Source: Histomonas meleagridis 2922-C6/04-290x
Taxonomy: Eukaryota > Protista > Parabasalia
DNA: 64,000 nucleotides
Direction: 5' to 3'
Assembly: GCA_020184695.1 (NCBI GenBank)
Contig: JAANOX010000081.1
Span: forward strand, 248,001-312,000
Shown here: piece by piece, positions 45,274 through 56,473 of the stretch
Position numbering within the stretch: position 1 is the stretch's first letter
Layout: the number at the start of each line of letters is the position of its first letter
Program-made: the position numbers and the translations under genes
Notes under the pieces: generated by a model
Seen by the model: the letters and a program-made list of their open reading frames with translations, nothing else
Told to the model about the DNA's origin: nothing
Databases searched by the model: none

Positions 45274-45597
45274 TTATTGTTTTGCGGTGTACCCTTTGGT
45301 CATTTTATAATAAAGAAAGATTGTTGATATTGTAACCATAATTAATGAGATTCCTGTTTGATTTAAACGAGTTGATGTCCTGCTTCTGTTGATATACATT
45401 GACAAAAGGATAAACCAAGCACCCCAGCTAAACAAAGGATTAGCACGCATCATTCCAAAAGCAGAAAAAGTCATAACAATCATAGCTAAAGAATCTGTTG
45501 GATCTTGATCTGTTTGTAATCTTTTAGTCAGACGCTTTGCTGATTCAAGACATGGTTCTGGAACGAAATCTTTTTTCGATTCTTTGTTTTTTCCCAT
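45274..45597 (-). CDS. PAT complex subunit Asterix/PAT10 (WDR83OS, UPF0139)-like membrane protein
   Basis: DPTDSLAMIVMTFSAFGMM...SWGAWFILLSMYINRS...QTGISLIMV parallels [20 protein letters not shown]...AWVAVYCSFISFANSR...QMMSSFML; 107 aa. Confidence 0.7.
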   Translation of the reverse strand: MGKNKESKKDFVPEPCLESAKRLTKRLQTDQDPTDSLAMIVMTFSAFGMMRANPLFSWGAWFILLSMYINRSRTSTRLNQTGISLIMVTISTIFLYYKMTKGYTAKQ

Positions 45598-47182
45598 TTT
45601 TCTATTTTTTAACGTTCGCCATAAGGACCAACAAAAATTTTTTAAGGAATAAATAAAAACGAAAATTTTAATGTTTATTTAATAAGGATTCACACTTTCC
45701 TGGTCGAGGCATACAAGTGTGATACTGATAAAAAAATTTCATTCGAGATATTTTATGTAATGATTAATCAGATCTTTCTGCATTTGGAATACTAGAAACA
45801 GACACTTGCTTCAAATGCTACACGAATGTTAGTACAATAAACAGTTAAAAATTTTGTAAAACCAACTTTACATATTTTTCAAAAGTATTTAAACACTATG
45901 GATATCACAACAATTCTGGTCAAATAGTTTGCTCAAAATATGAACATGTGTTCAATTACCATGATCGTAAAAATTACGAACTTTCGCATGGAATCTTCAC
46001 AAAATTCTACCTTTCAACAAGAGATCAAAATCTTTTTCACCAGGAAACTCGATTTTTATAAGTTTATTCACCATTTGCTTGATTAAACATGTCTTAATAA
46101 CTTTATTTCATACGCTAACAAATTCCAATGCAATTTCTGCACCGATTTTTTCTGCTATTTTTTTTCCAACACTTTCCGACAACAAATGAAGGAGATTTTT
46201 TATAAAGGACAAATAGCTCTCCTTGTTTTCATTACTTGATCTCTTAATACACCTTGTACCTCCACAAAATGTATTTTATACAAGAATCGCTGAAGTACAA
46301 TAGTGCTCATAGTTGTTTGATAAAAATTTTTAAATTTATAATATGTTTTTTACAATAAAATATGATTAAATCAATAACATGACTTTTATGATTTTTAATA
46401 ATAAATCTTTATATGGTAAGGATAAATGTATATGGTAAGTTACCACTTTAGAAATGATTAATAAACGTCCAATGATGGGTTCGCGAACCATAAACGGTCT
46501 TTTTAAAAGTGAAATATATTTCTACAGTTTACATTTTACAAATTGGAAAACATGAACAAAAGCAACATAACATTTATTGATGGGTTAAAGTACTTAATTT
46601 AAAGAGCCCTTTATAGTAATCATAAGATTGGTACTCACCGAACTAATGACTAACTTATTTAATTAATTAATTTTTGTAAATTTACAACAAGAAAATTTTC
46701 TTTCAGTTTTTTGACTCACATTTTGTATTTTGTGGTTTAATACGTTGAAAACCATTTAAACTGTGTTTTTCATATATATGAAATAAATTACTTCGTCAAG
46801 ATTTCATTTTTACTATCATATGTTTCATCGATATTTGAATCATTTCCAAATTCATTAACTGCGAAATTTGTTTAAAGATAATTCACAGAATTTGTAGTAA
46901 CAATTTCATTGATTAATAAATCATAATCACTTAGATATTTAACTGAATAATACTCATATGGTTTTTGATAAGCTCAACTTCTGTATGGTGTGGTTGTAAA
47001 CCCCATAGAAAAAAACGGTCGTTTTATAAAGATGTTAAGGAAGTCACATTTATTTTTAAATAAATTCCTGCATATATTCTTTTATTCGAGAAGGCAGTGA
47101 TTACTTTTCCGAAATGAGCATTATTTCCGAAAAATCTTAATAAAAATTAATAAATATAATTAATTTATTCACACAATTTATA

Positions 47183-47644
47183 TTATATTCCAATAAAGTC
47201 ATCATATTCTTCTTCATTGTCAATATAAAACAATGATTTTGTCTTTGAGTAAAGAGATTCATTTTCATTTTGAACCCATTCTGTCCCAAGAACATCTTCA
47301 AAGAATGGATGCTCTGCTATCTCTAATGCACTTATGCGCTTTCGTGGATCGATTTCAAGTGTTTTTTGTATTAAATCTTTCATATCTGCATATTGCTCAA
47401 ATATTTTTTCGGCATCATTGTGGATCAAGAATAAAAATATAAGACCATAATCTAATACGTCAGGTGAATATGAAGTTGAATCATTATCAACTAATTTAAT
47501 GGAATTTTCAAAATCAATAATTTGTGGTTTTGGACCTTCATTTTCTATATCATCTACAACTATGTTGGATTGATTAATATTTCTTAGGAGAACGTTGTTA
47601 CTGTGTAATGCTGAAAGAGCAACAGCAATTCGATATCGAATTAG
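47183..47644 (-). pseudogene. Degenerate kinase C-lobe (pseudokinase or broken gene)
   Basis: Open frame YRIAVALSALHSNNVLLRNINQSNIVV...IIDFE...DLIQKTLEIDPRKRISALEIAEHPFF. HRD reads LRN and DFG reads DFE. Upstream sequence (to about 47980) is in other frames. Confidence 0.55.
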
Positions 47645-48064
47645 TTATTATGAAACGAACTGAAATATTACGTAATTTCTAATAGAGTTTCGAAATAATT
47701 CCTTCCAAGATTTTCTTTTGTCATATAATTAATTTGAGTAAATATTTTTTTTGATACTTTGTTGCAATGTACATGCAAGAAATATCAGTACTCCAACAGA
47801 AGTGAGCAAGTTCGTACCCATTTACACTTGAATCAAGTTGGCTAAACATTAAAAAATGATTTTTCCAGAGGAAACACCAATTTAGACAAGCATCTTCACA
47901 ATAGGACTTCACTCTGTTTAATAAAAAGTGACGTTTTTGTTTTTTATTTGTTTCTTCTGTGGTATTCACCATATTTGACAAGATATAAAGGAAAATCTTA
48001 CTAGAATAATTTATAAGTCATTAATAATTAATCATATAAAAACAAAAATTTTTGAAAAATCAAA

Positions 48065-48812
48065 TTATCTATTTTTAGTCCAAGAAACAATTGTTCTATG
48101 CAACATTTGGAGAAGCAAAATCGAATCTGTATATTCTTCGTTATGTAAATTATCAATTACAGCAACACCATCAGCATATGCTTTTTTAACAAATGCCAGT
48201 GCTTCATCAGGATCAGATAATATTTCAAACTTGAAAATCGCCATGTTGAGCATTAAGGAAAGACGCGGTGCCGCTGCTGGACTACAACATGCTACAATTA
48301 AATCTTCAGCTTCTTGATATGCTGCCATTGCTCGATTTGTACTTTCTCGTCTTTCATACCCGCGCTGAATTTCAGCAAGATAACGTTGGTAATCACCAAT
48401 CATCTTGAACATCATTCCGCGCATAGTTGTATCTGATGTTCGTGGAATGAGTTTATTTTGCACCATTTCAACAACGCCTGTTGTGAAATCAGTGATTTTG
48501 CTTTCTAGTTGTTTCCTATATTCTAAGATAAGAGTTGATCTATCATCACGACCTTTACCTCTTTCTTTCTGTTCTGAAAGGTATATAGACTTCCATGCTC
48601 TCCGAAGGGAATCTATCTCGCCCTTGCAGATTCTAGATATTATGTTTTGATCATCAATTGATAGTTCTGATTCCTCAGAAGCCAAACGATTCAAACAAGT
48701 CTTTGCGTCAGAAAAATCAAAATATACAGCTAAATAATGTTGCATCACATAGGTTTGTTGCTAATTTCCGGACTTCTTCAATATTTGAAGATTCAACAAA
48801 ATCAGAAAACAT
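48065..48812 (-). CDS. Divergent 14-3-3 protein (242 aa with a predicted 19-nt GT-AG intron at 48730-48748)
   Basis: CKG..LRRAWKSI, KMIGDYQRYLAE, RLSLMLNMAIFKFEIL and DSILLLQML..W are 14-3-3 motifs. An upstream ATG at 48812 joins in frame via GTGATGCAACATTATTTAG. Confidence 0.8.
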
Positions 48813-48910
48813 TTGAACGTTATTACTGAGACATGTTATGTGAAATAAACATTGTTTAATGATTTAGTTTTTTCTTAAATTTCAAAAACAGTAAAAATAT
48901 TTATTAAAAA

Positions 48911-48915
48911 TCATA
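48911..48915 (+). promoter_or_regulatory. Initiator-like motif TCATA 6 nt upstream of the V-ATPase E ATG
   Basis: Matches the trichomonad Inr consensus TCA(Y)(T/A) at the typical distance. Short motif, so a chance match is possible. Confidence 0.35.
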
Positions 48916-48920
48916 AATTT

Positions 48921-49589
48921 ATGACAACTTCAACAGATGAAATTGTCCAATCAATGGCAGAAATGTTTAAAGAACTTGCTGATAAAATAGCTGAAGAAAA
49001 ACGTGGTAATGCAGAAAATCGAGCAAACGAACTTTATAATGCAGCAATCAAAAATATAAGTGATAAACTTGAAATAGAATTTATTCGTGAAGAAGGTGAA
49101 ATTCAGAAAGAACTTCTTATTCATGAAGCACATATCAAAAATAATGTTAAACTTGAAATCTTAAAGTCACAAGCAGAAGCAATACACAAAGCATTAAAAG
49201 AATCGATACGTAAGATAAATGAGTTTTCAGAAGGACCGAATTATCCTGATTTACTCAAAAAATTAATTGCCGAAGGACTTAATATATTGAAAGAATCACG
49301 GGTTATATTAATGGTTCGCAAATCTGATCAAGAGGTTGCATCAAGAATCCTTCCAGACGCTGTTGAAATAGCAAAGAAATATAATTCAGCAATTGATTTT
49401 AATGTTAAAATTAATGATAGAATATTTTTACCTCCTGCACCAGTATGTGCTGGAGGAGTAATTCTTATGTGCCACAAAGGTAAAATTCGTGTTTCGAATG
49501 TTTTAAATGATCGTTTAAGACTTGTGTACGAAAGAATTTTACCTCAAATTAAGGCATTAATTATTGAAAAAAGAGAAGTTAATAAGTAA
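48921..49589 (+). CDS. V-type proton ATPase subunit E
   Basis: N-terminal coiled coil, YPDLLKKLIAEGL, C-terminal CAGGVILMCHKGKIRVSNVLNDRL; 222 aa. Confidence 0.9.
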   Translation: MTTSTDEIVQSMAEMFKELADKIAEEKRGNAENRANELYNAAIKNISDKLEIEFIREEGEIQKELLIHEAHIKNNVKLEILKSQAEAIHKALKESIRKINEFSEGPNYPDLLKKLIAEGLNILKESRVILMVRKSDQEVASRILPDAVEIAKKYNSAIDFNVKINDRIFLPPAPVCAGGVILMCHKGKIRVSNVLNDRLRLVYERILPQIKALIIEKREVNK

Positions 49590-50012
49590 ATTTTTTGTTC
49601 ATTTTTATTTCAACATGGTTTTTCTCGCATTTGATAAGATTTTCTGAAATGAAAAATATTTAAATAAAAACCAATGATTGCAAAAGTGTGAATGTATTAC
49701 AATATCTAACTAAATTGATTGATCTATATCAAGAAATAATGGATATGTTTGCATTGGAATTTCGTGATGTTTTTTGATTTTGATTCCAAACTCTTTGTAA
49801 CTTTTTGGAACGGTAAAAAACGTTACCGTTTAGTAACTGATTGAATTTTTTTAGGGTGGGTCGCAAACTGTTTTAATTCAATTAGCAATTACTTTTGAAT
49901 AATCAATGAAAAAATTAAAAATGGATTGAAAATTTGTGGGCTTAACCCTCCCTTAAAAATTCCATACATTCAGATAGCAACCGTTTTAGTTTGACCTGCT
50001 CCATTTTCCTGA

Positions 50013-52244
50013 ATGTTTACCATGTTAAACATCACAGTTTTACATTTAATCAGAAGCTCAGTGTTGTCTCCAATGGTATTTACAGGCTCTAATAATTTTA
50101 TAATTTCTCATTGCAAAATTACACGTTCATTAGGTAATTTATTATTCCAACCAAAACAATTCAAAATCGAAAGTTCTTCTTTTTCGGCATTTCAAAAAGC
50201 AGTTGTCTATATGGAAAAAGATGCACCTTCTCAAACATGTACTTCAACTCAAATTAATCAAGTTTCAAACTGCTACTTTACAAACATAAGGGCTGACTGC
50301 CTTATTAAATACATAGAAGAAAATGGTGACATCAATATTGAAAACGTATTAATTTCAAATTGCACATGTGAAGAATCTCTTATCATAACAATCACAGCTT
50401 CATTCTATGCTAAAATGGTTTGCGTTGAAAGTTCTTATTCACTGCAAAATCATGTTTTTGAGTCTGAACTTAAATCTAATAATATCGCACAATTTATTTC
50501 GAACTCTATTTTCCAGTCACCACTTAACCAACCCTGCAAGTCTCCAATATGCTTTTCAGGAAATGGCAACTTTAATTTTAGGGATACAAATTTCACATAT
50601 AATGTATGTGATTCTCCGGACTCTATCTCTGCAGCAGAGGTGTCTAGTTCAAGAGCAACTTCTTCTATTATGTATTGCGCATTTGCTTATAATAGGGGAA
50701 GTGAATTACTTCATTTTACATTTTACAGTGCTGAAGAATCCAACTTTAGAATTGAGTACTGTAGCTTCTATAACAACACAGAGCTCAATGGAAACCTTCT
50801 TCACTTTGATTTTTATCAGCCGATATCAATGATTGTTCACTCATCGGTTTTCAAGGAAAACACTGAAAACATTTTCAATGTGGAGGACGATCAAAGTGTT
50901 ATCACTGTACAAAATTGTATGTTCAGCACTGATAGAATCAATGATGAAAAGTTGGAAATGAAGACAGGAAATGAATTTAATTACACTGGCCCAACATTAA
51001 CAATAACTAATGAAATTCCATATTGCGTAGTGAGTTACATTCAGCCGCCAACAGAGATTATTAGTCCGTCAAATACATTTTCACAATCAAATACATATGT
51101 GCCATCAAATACATTCACACAATCATATGAAATGAACACTACAAATACATACGTGCCATCAAATACATTTACTAAATCATATGAAATCAATGCAACAAAT
51201 ACATTTTCATTATCAAATACATTCACACAATCATATGAAGTTAATATTACAAATACGTATATTCCATCGAATACATTCACCAAATCTTATGAAATAAATT
51301 CAACTCATACATTTGCGCAATCAAATACATTCACACAATCATATAAAGTTAATACAACAAATACATATACATTATCGAATACATTCACACAATCATATGA
51401 AGTTAATATTACAAATACATATATTCCATCGAATACATTCACTAAATCATATGAAATGAACACTACAAATACATTTGCGCAATCAAATACATTCACACAA
51501 TCATATGAAGTTAATATTACAAATACATATATTCCATCGAATACATTCACTAAATCATATGAAATGAACACTACAAATACATATATTCCATCGAATACAT
51601 TCACACAATCATATGAAATGAACACTACAAATACATATATTCCATCGAATACATTCACTAAATCATATGAAGTTAATATTACAAATACATTTGCGCATTC
51701 AAATACATTCACTAAATCATATGAAATGAACACTACAAATACATATATTCCATCGAATACACATACACTATCAAATTCATTTACTCAGTCAAGTGCATAC
51801 ACTCAATCAGATATGTATACATTATCAGATATGTTCACTCAATCAAATATGTATACATTATCAGACACATTTACTGAGTCGCATGAAATAAGCAGCACAG
51901 TTACAGTTACAATTACGTCATCTCAAGTGCACACTGAATCGTACTCTCTTTCCAATACATTTTCAGGCACATATTCATCAGCAGAGCAGAAGGCCGGTAT
52001 GCCCTCGTGGTCCATTGCAATCATTGTGTTGGGCGCTGTTTTATTGGCAGTTGCTTCATTTCTAATAATATTCTGCTGTTGTCTCGCCAAGCAAAAAGAT
52101 GAGGAAAAGCAGAAACAAGTGTTCAACAACTTATTATCAGATGATTCATCAATTATTAACTCAAACCCATTCAACTCTATAGATATCCAAGAAGATGATC
52201 CTTTCATGTTTGAAAACGATGAGCCAAAACAAATTGTTCTTTAA
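50013..52244 (+). CDS. Type I membrane surface protein (Pmp-like/beta-helix-like ectodomain, S/T-rich repeat stalk, TM helix, short tail)
   Basis: Repeated F.N/C.F.NN motifs in the ectodomain, 12x18-aa repeats, TM WSIAIIVLGAVLLAVASFLIIFCCCL, and an acidic tail with NPF and DPF motifs. Confidence 0.8.
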   Translation: MFTMLNITVLHLIRSSVLSPMVFTGSNNFIISHCKITRSLGNLLFQPKQFKIESSSFSAFQKAVVYMEKDAPSQTCTSTQINQVSNCYFTNIRADCLIKYIEENGDINIENVLISNCTCEESLIITITASFYAKMVCVESSYSLQNHVFESELKSNNIAQFISNSIFQSPLNQPCKSPICFSGNGNFNFRDTNFTYNVCDSPDSISAAEVSSSRATSSIMYCAFAYNRGSELLHFTFYSAEESNFRIEYCSFYNNTELNGNLLHFDFYQPISMIVHSSVFKENTENIFNVEDDQSVITVQNCMFSTDRINDEKLEMKTGNEFNYTGPTLTITNEIPYCVVSYIQPPTEIISPSNTFSQSNTYVPSNTFTQSYEMNTTNTYVPSNTFTKSYEINATNTFSLSNTFTQSYEVNITNTYIPSNTFTKSYEINSTHTFAQSNTFTQSYKVNTTNTYTLSNTFTQSYEVNITNTYIPSNTFTKSYEMNTTNTFAQSNTFTQSYEVNITNTYIPSNTFTKSYEMNTTNTYIPSNTFTQSYEMNTTNTYIPSNTFTKSYEVNITNTFAHSNTFTKSYEMNTTNTYIPSNTHTLSNSFTQSSAYTQSDMYTLSDMFTQSNMYTLSDTFTESHEISSTVTVTITSSQVHTESYSLSNTFSGTYSSAEQKAGMPSWSIAIIVLGAVLLAVASFLIIFCCCLAKQKDEEKQKQVFNNLLSDDSSIINSNPFNSIDIQEDDPFMFENDEPKQIVL
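51105..51752 (+). repeat. Coding tandem repeat, 12 x 54 nt (SNTFT[Q/K]SYE[V/M/I]N[I/T]TNT[Y/F]..)
   Basis: Read directly from the translation; followed by degenerate 6-aa units. Confidence 0.92.
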
Positions 52245-52615
52245 ATAAATGTTTGTGTAATCTTTTGCATATTTTTATATTTTAATGTTGAATATAAATC
52301 AATTAAAATTTTTTACGTTTGTAATGAGCTTCAGATAATAAATTCCATTGAATTGTTTATTTATTAATGATTATGATTTTATAAAAAAAAAATTATTCAG
52401 TAATGCACATTATGTGCTTTTTTTTAATCATGATATTTTTTTGTATACAAATTTAAATTAAATGAAAAGTATTGCAATTTTTTATATAATAATTTTAGTA
52501 GCATTATAATGCATTTCATGAAATTTAATATTACTTAACAACTTTTATCAAAATGATTGCAAATTTAAACTGAAATCATCAAAACTGTTCTTCACTTCAC
52601 ATGGATTGACTATTT

Positions 52616-52620
52616 TCACT
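52616..52620 (+). promoter_or_regulatory. Initiator-like motif TCACT upstream of PRP3
   Basis: Inr consensus 11 nt before the ATG at 52632; short motif. Confidence 0.35.
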
Positions 52621-52631
52621 TAACATGTCAA

Positions 52632-54230
52632 ATGGATGGGGTGAGACTTGATCAGCTCAAAATCAAAAAATTTTTGGAACCATGGATTGACGAAACAAGT
52701 AGGAAATATCCAGTTCTATTGGAACCTGTTGTCCGCTCCATTATAATTTCTAGTGCTAAGAAAGGTAGTTCTCTTGAATCACAAATTCAAAATTTTTTCC
52801 CACGAGAAAAAGATTTAAGACATTTCTTAAAAAAATACAATCATGCTGTACGTAAATTTGCACAAAAAGATGTAAATTCTTTCATCACTTCATCAGAAAA
52901 AAGGAAAACATCTCCTCCACGAAAATATCGACAACCAAGAGAAAACCCGTTTCGAGACCATCATTCACACCAAAACGTTAGACCAGTTGAACAAAATATT
53001 AATCTTCCACCACAAACCCCAACTATTCCAACAAACAGCTCTTCACCAGCTCCATCATATTTTCTTGATTCAGCATCTGTATCACTCCGTAAAGCAGATC
53101 AAAAAATCAAACCGTTACTTTTTAATTCAGAAGGCAAACGCGTTGATGAAGAAGGCAATCTTATAAAAGATGAATTTGTTCATAGGAAGGTTGAAGTTGC
53201 TAAAGTACCAATTGATAGGCGTATTCCCACTGTTTCTAGACCACTAAATCGTGATTTTCGATTCATTGAACCCGGTGAAATTATCCAAGAAACAGAAGAA
53301 AAAAGAAATGAATTCCTTGTAGACATGTCTGTTGTCAATGGTCTTTCTATTTTTGACACGATCGCACTTGCAAGGAATTTCGAGAAGCCGTTTATTGATT
53401 GGTGGGATTTACCGTTTGTGGAGCTTGACGATAACAACCGTCCTATCGTCGATGATAACGGTTTATGGGTGCCCAATTATTCGACCGTTAACAACGAATA
53501 TGAAAATGCTGCTCCTGTCCCATTCCACAAACCGATTGAAAAAGAAGTTCCTACTATATTGACTCCTAAGGAACGAAAGCGATTACGTCATATTAACAAA
53601 CTTAACAAACAGAATGAAGAACGGCTTATGATCAAATTAAATCTTAAACCAAAAGAACCTTCACGTATTAAAATGAGCCAAATGATTAAACTAAATGGTG
53701 GAAAGTCTGTTCTTACTCCAACAATGGTTGAACTTGAAATCAAGAAAAATAAAGAAGATCGAATACAAAAACATATTGAACACAATCAAGCAGCTAAACT
53801 CACTCCAGAGCAGCGTCATGATAAGAACGTCAGTAAGAGAAAAGCAGACTCTGAGGAAAATGTTACAATTACTGTATTTGCAATTAAAAACCTGAATAAC
53901 CCATTACACTTCGCCAAATTGACGAGCATGGGTAAGAAGTGGTTTATGACAGGAGGCATTTTCGTTGTTGATCATCCACAAATGAGTTTTGTAATTGCCG
54001 AAGCAGGACCAAAGGGCACTCGCAAGTATTGTGCGCTCATAAACCAGCGAATAAAGTGGAGTGAAACCGGATCAGAGGCAATAATGACTTTCCAAGGATA
54101 CACATCGAGGAGACATTTCTATAACTTCAAGAAATATAAATTCGACGTTGCAACCCAGTGTAGAAAGTTCTGTGGCGAAAATGGGTGTGAGTCTCTTTTC
54201 GATTCTGCGAGCCAAGTATTCAATGGCTAA
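52632..54230 (+). CDS. PRP3: U4/U6 snRNP protein Prp3
   Basis: IDWWD, LTPKERKRLR, PKEPSRIKMSQM, PTMVE, HIEHNQAAKLT, and the C-terminal ferredoxin-like domain (LNNPLH...IAEAGPKGTRKY..RIKW). Confidence 0.88.
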   Translation: MDGVRLDQLKIKKFLEPWIDETSRKYPVLLEPVVRSIIISSAKKGSSLESQIQNFFPREKDLRHFLKKYNHAVRKFAQKDVNSFITSSEKRKTSPPRKYRQPRENPFRDHHSHQNVRPVEQNINLPPQTPTIPTNSSSPAPSYFLDSASVSLRKADQKIKPLLFNSEGKRVDEEGNLIKDEFVHRKVEVAKVPIDRRIPTVSRPLNRDFRFIEPGEIIQETEEKRNEFLVDMSVVNGLSIFDTIALARNFEKPFIDWWDLPFVELDDNNRPIVDDNGLWVPNYSTVNNEYENAAPVPFHKPIEKEVPTILTPKERKRLRHINKLNKQNEERLMIKLNLKPKEPSRIKMSQMIKLNGGKSVLTPTMVELEIKKNKEDRIQKHIEHNQAAKLTPEQRHDKNVSKRKADSEENVTITVFAIKNLNNPLHFAKLTSMGKKWFMTGGIFVVDHPQMSFVIAEAGPKGTRKYCALINQRIKWSETGSEAIMTFQGYTSRRHFYNFKKYKFDVATQCRKFCGENGCESLFDSASQVFNG

Positions 54231-54505
54231 ATTTAGTAAATATTTATAACGAATTAAATCAAAAAAAAAAATTGGATTTTTTCCATTAGAATTCGAAAAT
54301 CGGTTGTTATTTGCTGGTTATTATGACGTTAACACTTAAAAATCAAATGTGAATTTGAATGATAATCTATAAGAAATGTGAAACAAACTGATATGCGATT
54401 TCTAATCAGTAAAGAAATTATTAGGGAATATTAGGATACATACAATTGGAGTTAGAAAGCTATGTTAGTATGTATGAAAGTAAACGGTCTATCTAAGTAA
54501 CCAAA

Positions 54506-55879
54506 ATGATAGAGAAAGAAAAACAAACAAAAATAGACAAATTCGAACATTTAGACATAACTTTTGGTCCAGAAATTAAATTACCAAATGAGTCTTTTGA
54601 AGAAGCATTTTCATTTGCAATTAATAAAATTTTTAATCAAACAGATCCTAACATAATTATAAAATGTTTAAGCACAATTCTTTGTTCTATATCCATAAAC
54701 CCAGAATTAAAAAGCTTCGTTACAAATCTTCAATTTTTTGAATTTTGTAGAATACATTTTTCTTCAGATAATCCCATTCCATCAATCACAAGCTTTATAA
54801 TTCAAATTTTAACACATCTTTTTACAATCCAATTATTTGTAGAAAATGAGCAAATTTGGAATGTTTTGATTACTCTAATAATTTCCAAAATCCCAATGAA
54901 AGCATCCATTAAATTTTTTAACAATATTCTAGGTATTGATATCAATTTTAGCAGACTTTTAATAGAACGTTTGAATCTCATCAATTTATTAATCAAATCA
55001 CTTTCCTTTTTTTCCCAATTCCAATTTTTCCAGAAGTCAACGATTAAGCTCCTCCAACGCTACCAACACCTTTACAGATTAAACAAACAACAATGTGAAG
55101 AAATGATTCAACTTTTTTATATTTCGCTTCAACCCAAAGAAAGACTTCATCGTGATGCGCAGAAACCGTTTGCGATGTTTTTCTTAACGTACCCCGATCC
55201 AATTCTTATGGATATGTTTCTTCAGTCGGAAGCATTTTTTTTTATTTGGCATAACTTTAATAAGCCATGTTTTTCGATAGCGAGGAAGTTAATTCTAAGA
55301 TATCTTGATAAAATTCTTACGTCATCACCTGAGAGAGCACTTTTTTTATTGAAAAGTGACGTGCGGGGATTCATTATTACTGGAATGAATTCTATCCCAA
55401 ATTTACCTGAATACTTTATGCAGTTAATATTAAATATATCTAAGCTATCACAAGAAATTTGCTTTGACTTCTTTAACAAAGAATTAAATGAAATAATTGA
55501 AAATGTTTTTGCAGAATCAACTTTTAAAGTGAAATCATTGATATGCGAATATTTAATTCTTCTTGTCTTAAATTGTCCAACAAATCTTTTAGTATTGAAC
55601 TCAATCGAAAAATATTCAGAGAGCTTTTTGTTAACAGTTGATGTAATTTTTGACGAAAAATCAAATCTTCAATTAATTAAAAATTGCTTAATGTTGTTTA
55701 ATTCTGTTGCATCATTGTTCCAAAAAGATGAACAGCAACAAATGCACCCAATTTATTCTAAACTTTATGAGTATATATGTGGTATTGATTTTAGAGAACA
55801 TTTAAGTGAATTGATTTCATATGAACAACCTGAAATTCAACAATTGGCTTGCTATCTTTTGGAAATAGATTCTGATTGA
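54506..55879 (+). CDS. Helical-repeat (ARM-like) hypothetical protein (457 aa)
   Basis: Long ATG-started ORF with an amphipathic helical pattern; no specific family recognised. Confidence 0.7.
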   Translation: MIEKEKQTKIDKFEHLDITFGPEIKLPNESFEEAFSFAINKIFNQTDPNIIIKCLSTILCSISINPELKSFVTNLQFFEFCRIHFSSDNPIPSITSFIIQILTHLFTIQLFVENEQIWNVLITLIISKIPMKASIKFFNNILGIDINFSRLLIERLNLINLLIKSLSFFSQFQFFQKSTIKLLQRYQHLYRLNKQQCEEMIQLFYISLQPKERLHRDAQKPFAMFFLTYPDPILMDMFLQSEAFFFIWHNFNKPCFSIARKLILRYLDKILTSSPERALFLLKSDVRGFIITGMNSIPNLPEYFMQLILNISKLSQEICFDFFNKELNEIIENVFAESTFKVKSLICEYLILLVLNCPTNLLVLNSIEKYSESFLLTVDVIFDEKSNLQLIKNCLMLFNSVASLFQKDEQQQMHPIYSKLYEYICGIDFREHLSELISYEQPEIQQLACYLLEIDSD

Positions 55880-55969
55880 TAAATAAATGTTTAATATGGT
55901 GAAATAATTTAAATTTTTTTCAATGTTCAGAAATTTTTAAAATGGCATAAAAATTGTGTGAAAATCGAA

Positions 55970-56473
55970 ATGCCAATTATAATGAAAACAGAAAAAATTA
56001 AAAAGCCTCCAAATGCATATCTCCTTTTTTGTTCAGAAAATAGAGAAATACTTGGAAAAGAAAATCCATTTCTTACAAATAAAGATATAACTCAATTACT
56101 TGGAACAAAATGGGCGTCCATGACAGAAGAAGAAAAAGCTCCATATAAAGACTCTGCAAGTATTGCACGTGCTCAATTTAAAACAGAACATCCTGATTAT
56201 TGTTACGAAAACTGTAGGAAAAAGAAAAAAATTGCTCAACTCAGAGAGGAAAATGCAAAATCAAACGAAAATAATCAAAACTCTTCATTGCCAGAATCAG
56301 ACCTTTCAAATCCTTCCCAATTTTTAATATGGGTTGGAACTCAACTTTTGTTGGGTAATTTTGATTATGTTCAATCAAATCAAGTTGACCAAACATCAAT
56401 TTTCAACCCTGAACATACGCTTATACCAGCAAGACAAGATAATGATATCCAAAGCGAAACAAGCTTTTCGTAG
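55970..56473 (+). CDS. HMG-box protein
   Basis: KIKKPPNAYLLFCSENRE..NPFLTNKDITQLLGTKWASMTEEEKAPYKDSA...FKTEHPDY; first ATG at 55970. Confidence 0.92.
   Translation: MPIIMKTEKIKKPPNAYLLFCSENREILGKENPFLTNKDITQLLGTKWASMTEEEKAPYKDSASIARAQFKTEHPDYCYENCRKKKKIAQLREENAKSNENNQNSSLPESDLSNPSQFLIWVGTQLLLGNFDYVQSNQVDQTSIFNPEHTLIPARQDNDIQSETSFS

Noticed and set aside
47651-47661. 11-mer GTTCGTTTCAT shared with insert modules 2 and 3
   Set aside because: A single short match in AT-rich DNA is plausible by chance.
45690-49830. Small hairpins and palindromes (CACACTT..AAGTGTG near 45.7 kb, GGTTCGCGAACC near 46.5 kb, AACGGTAA..TTACCGTT near 49.8 kb)
   Set aside because: Stems of 6-8 bp with no tRNA, snoRNA or snRNA signature.
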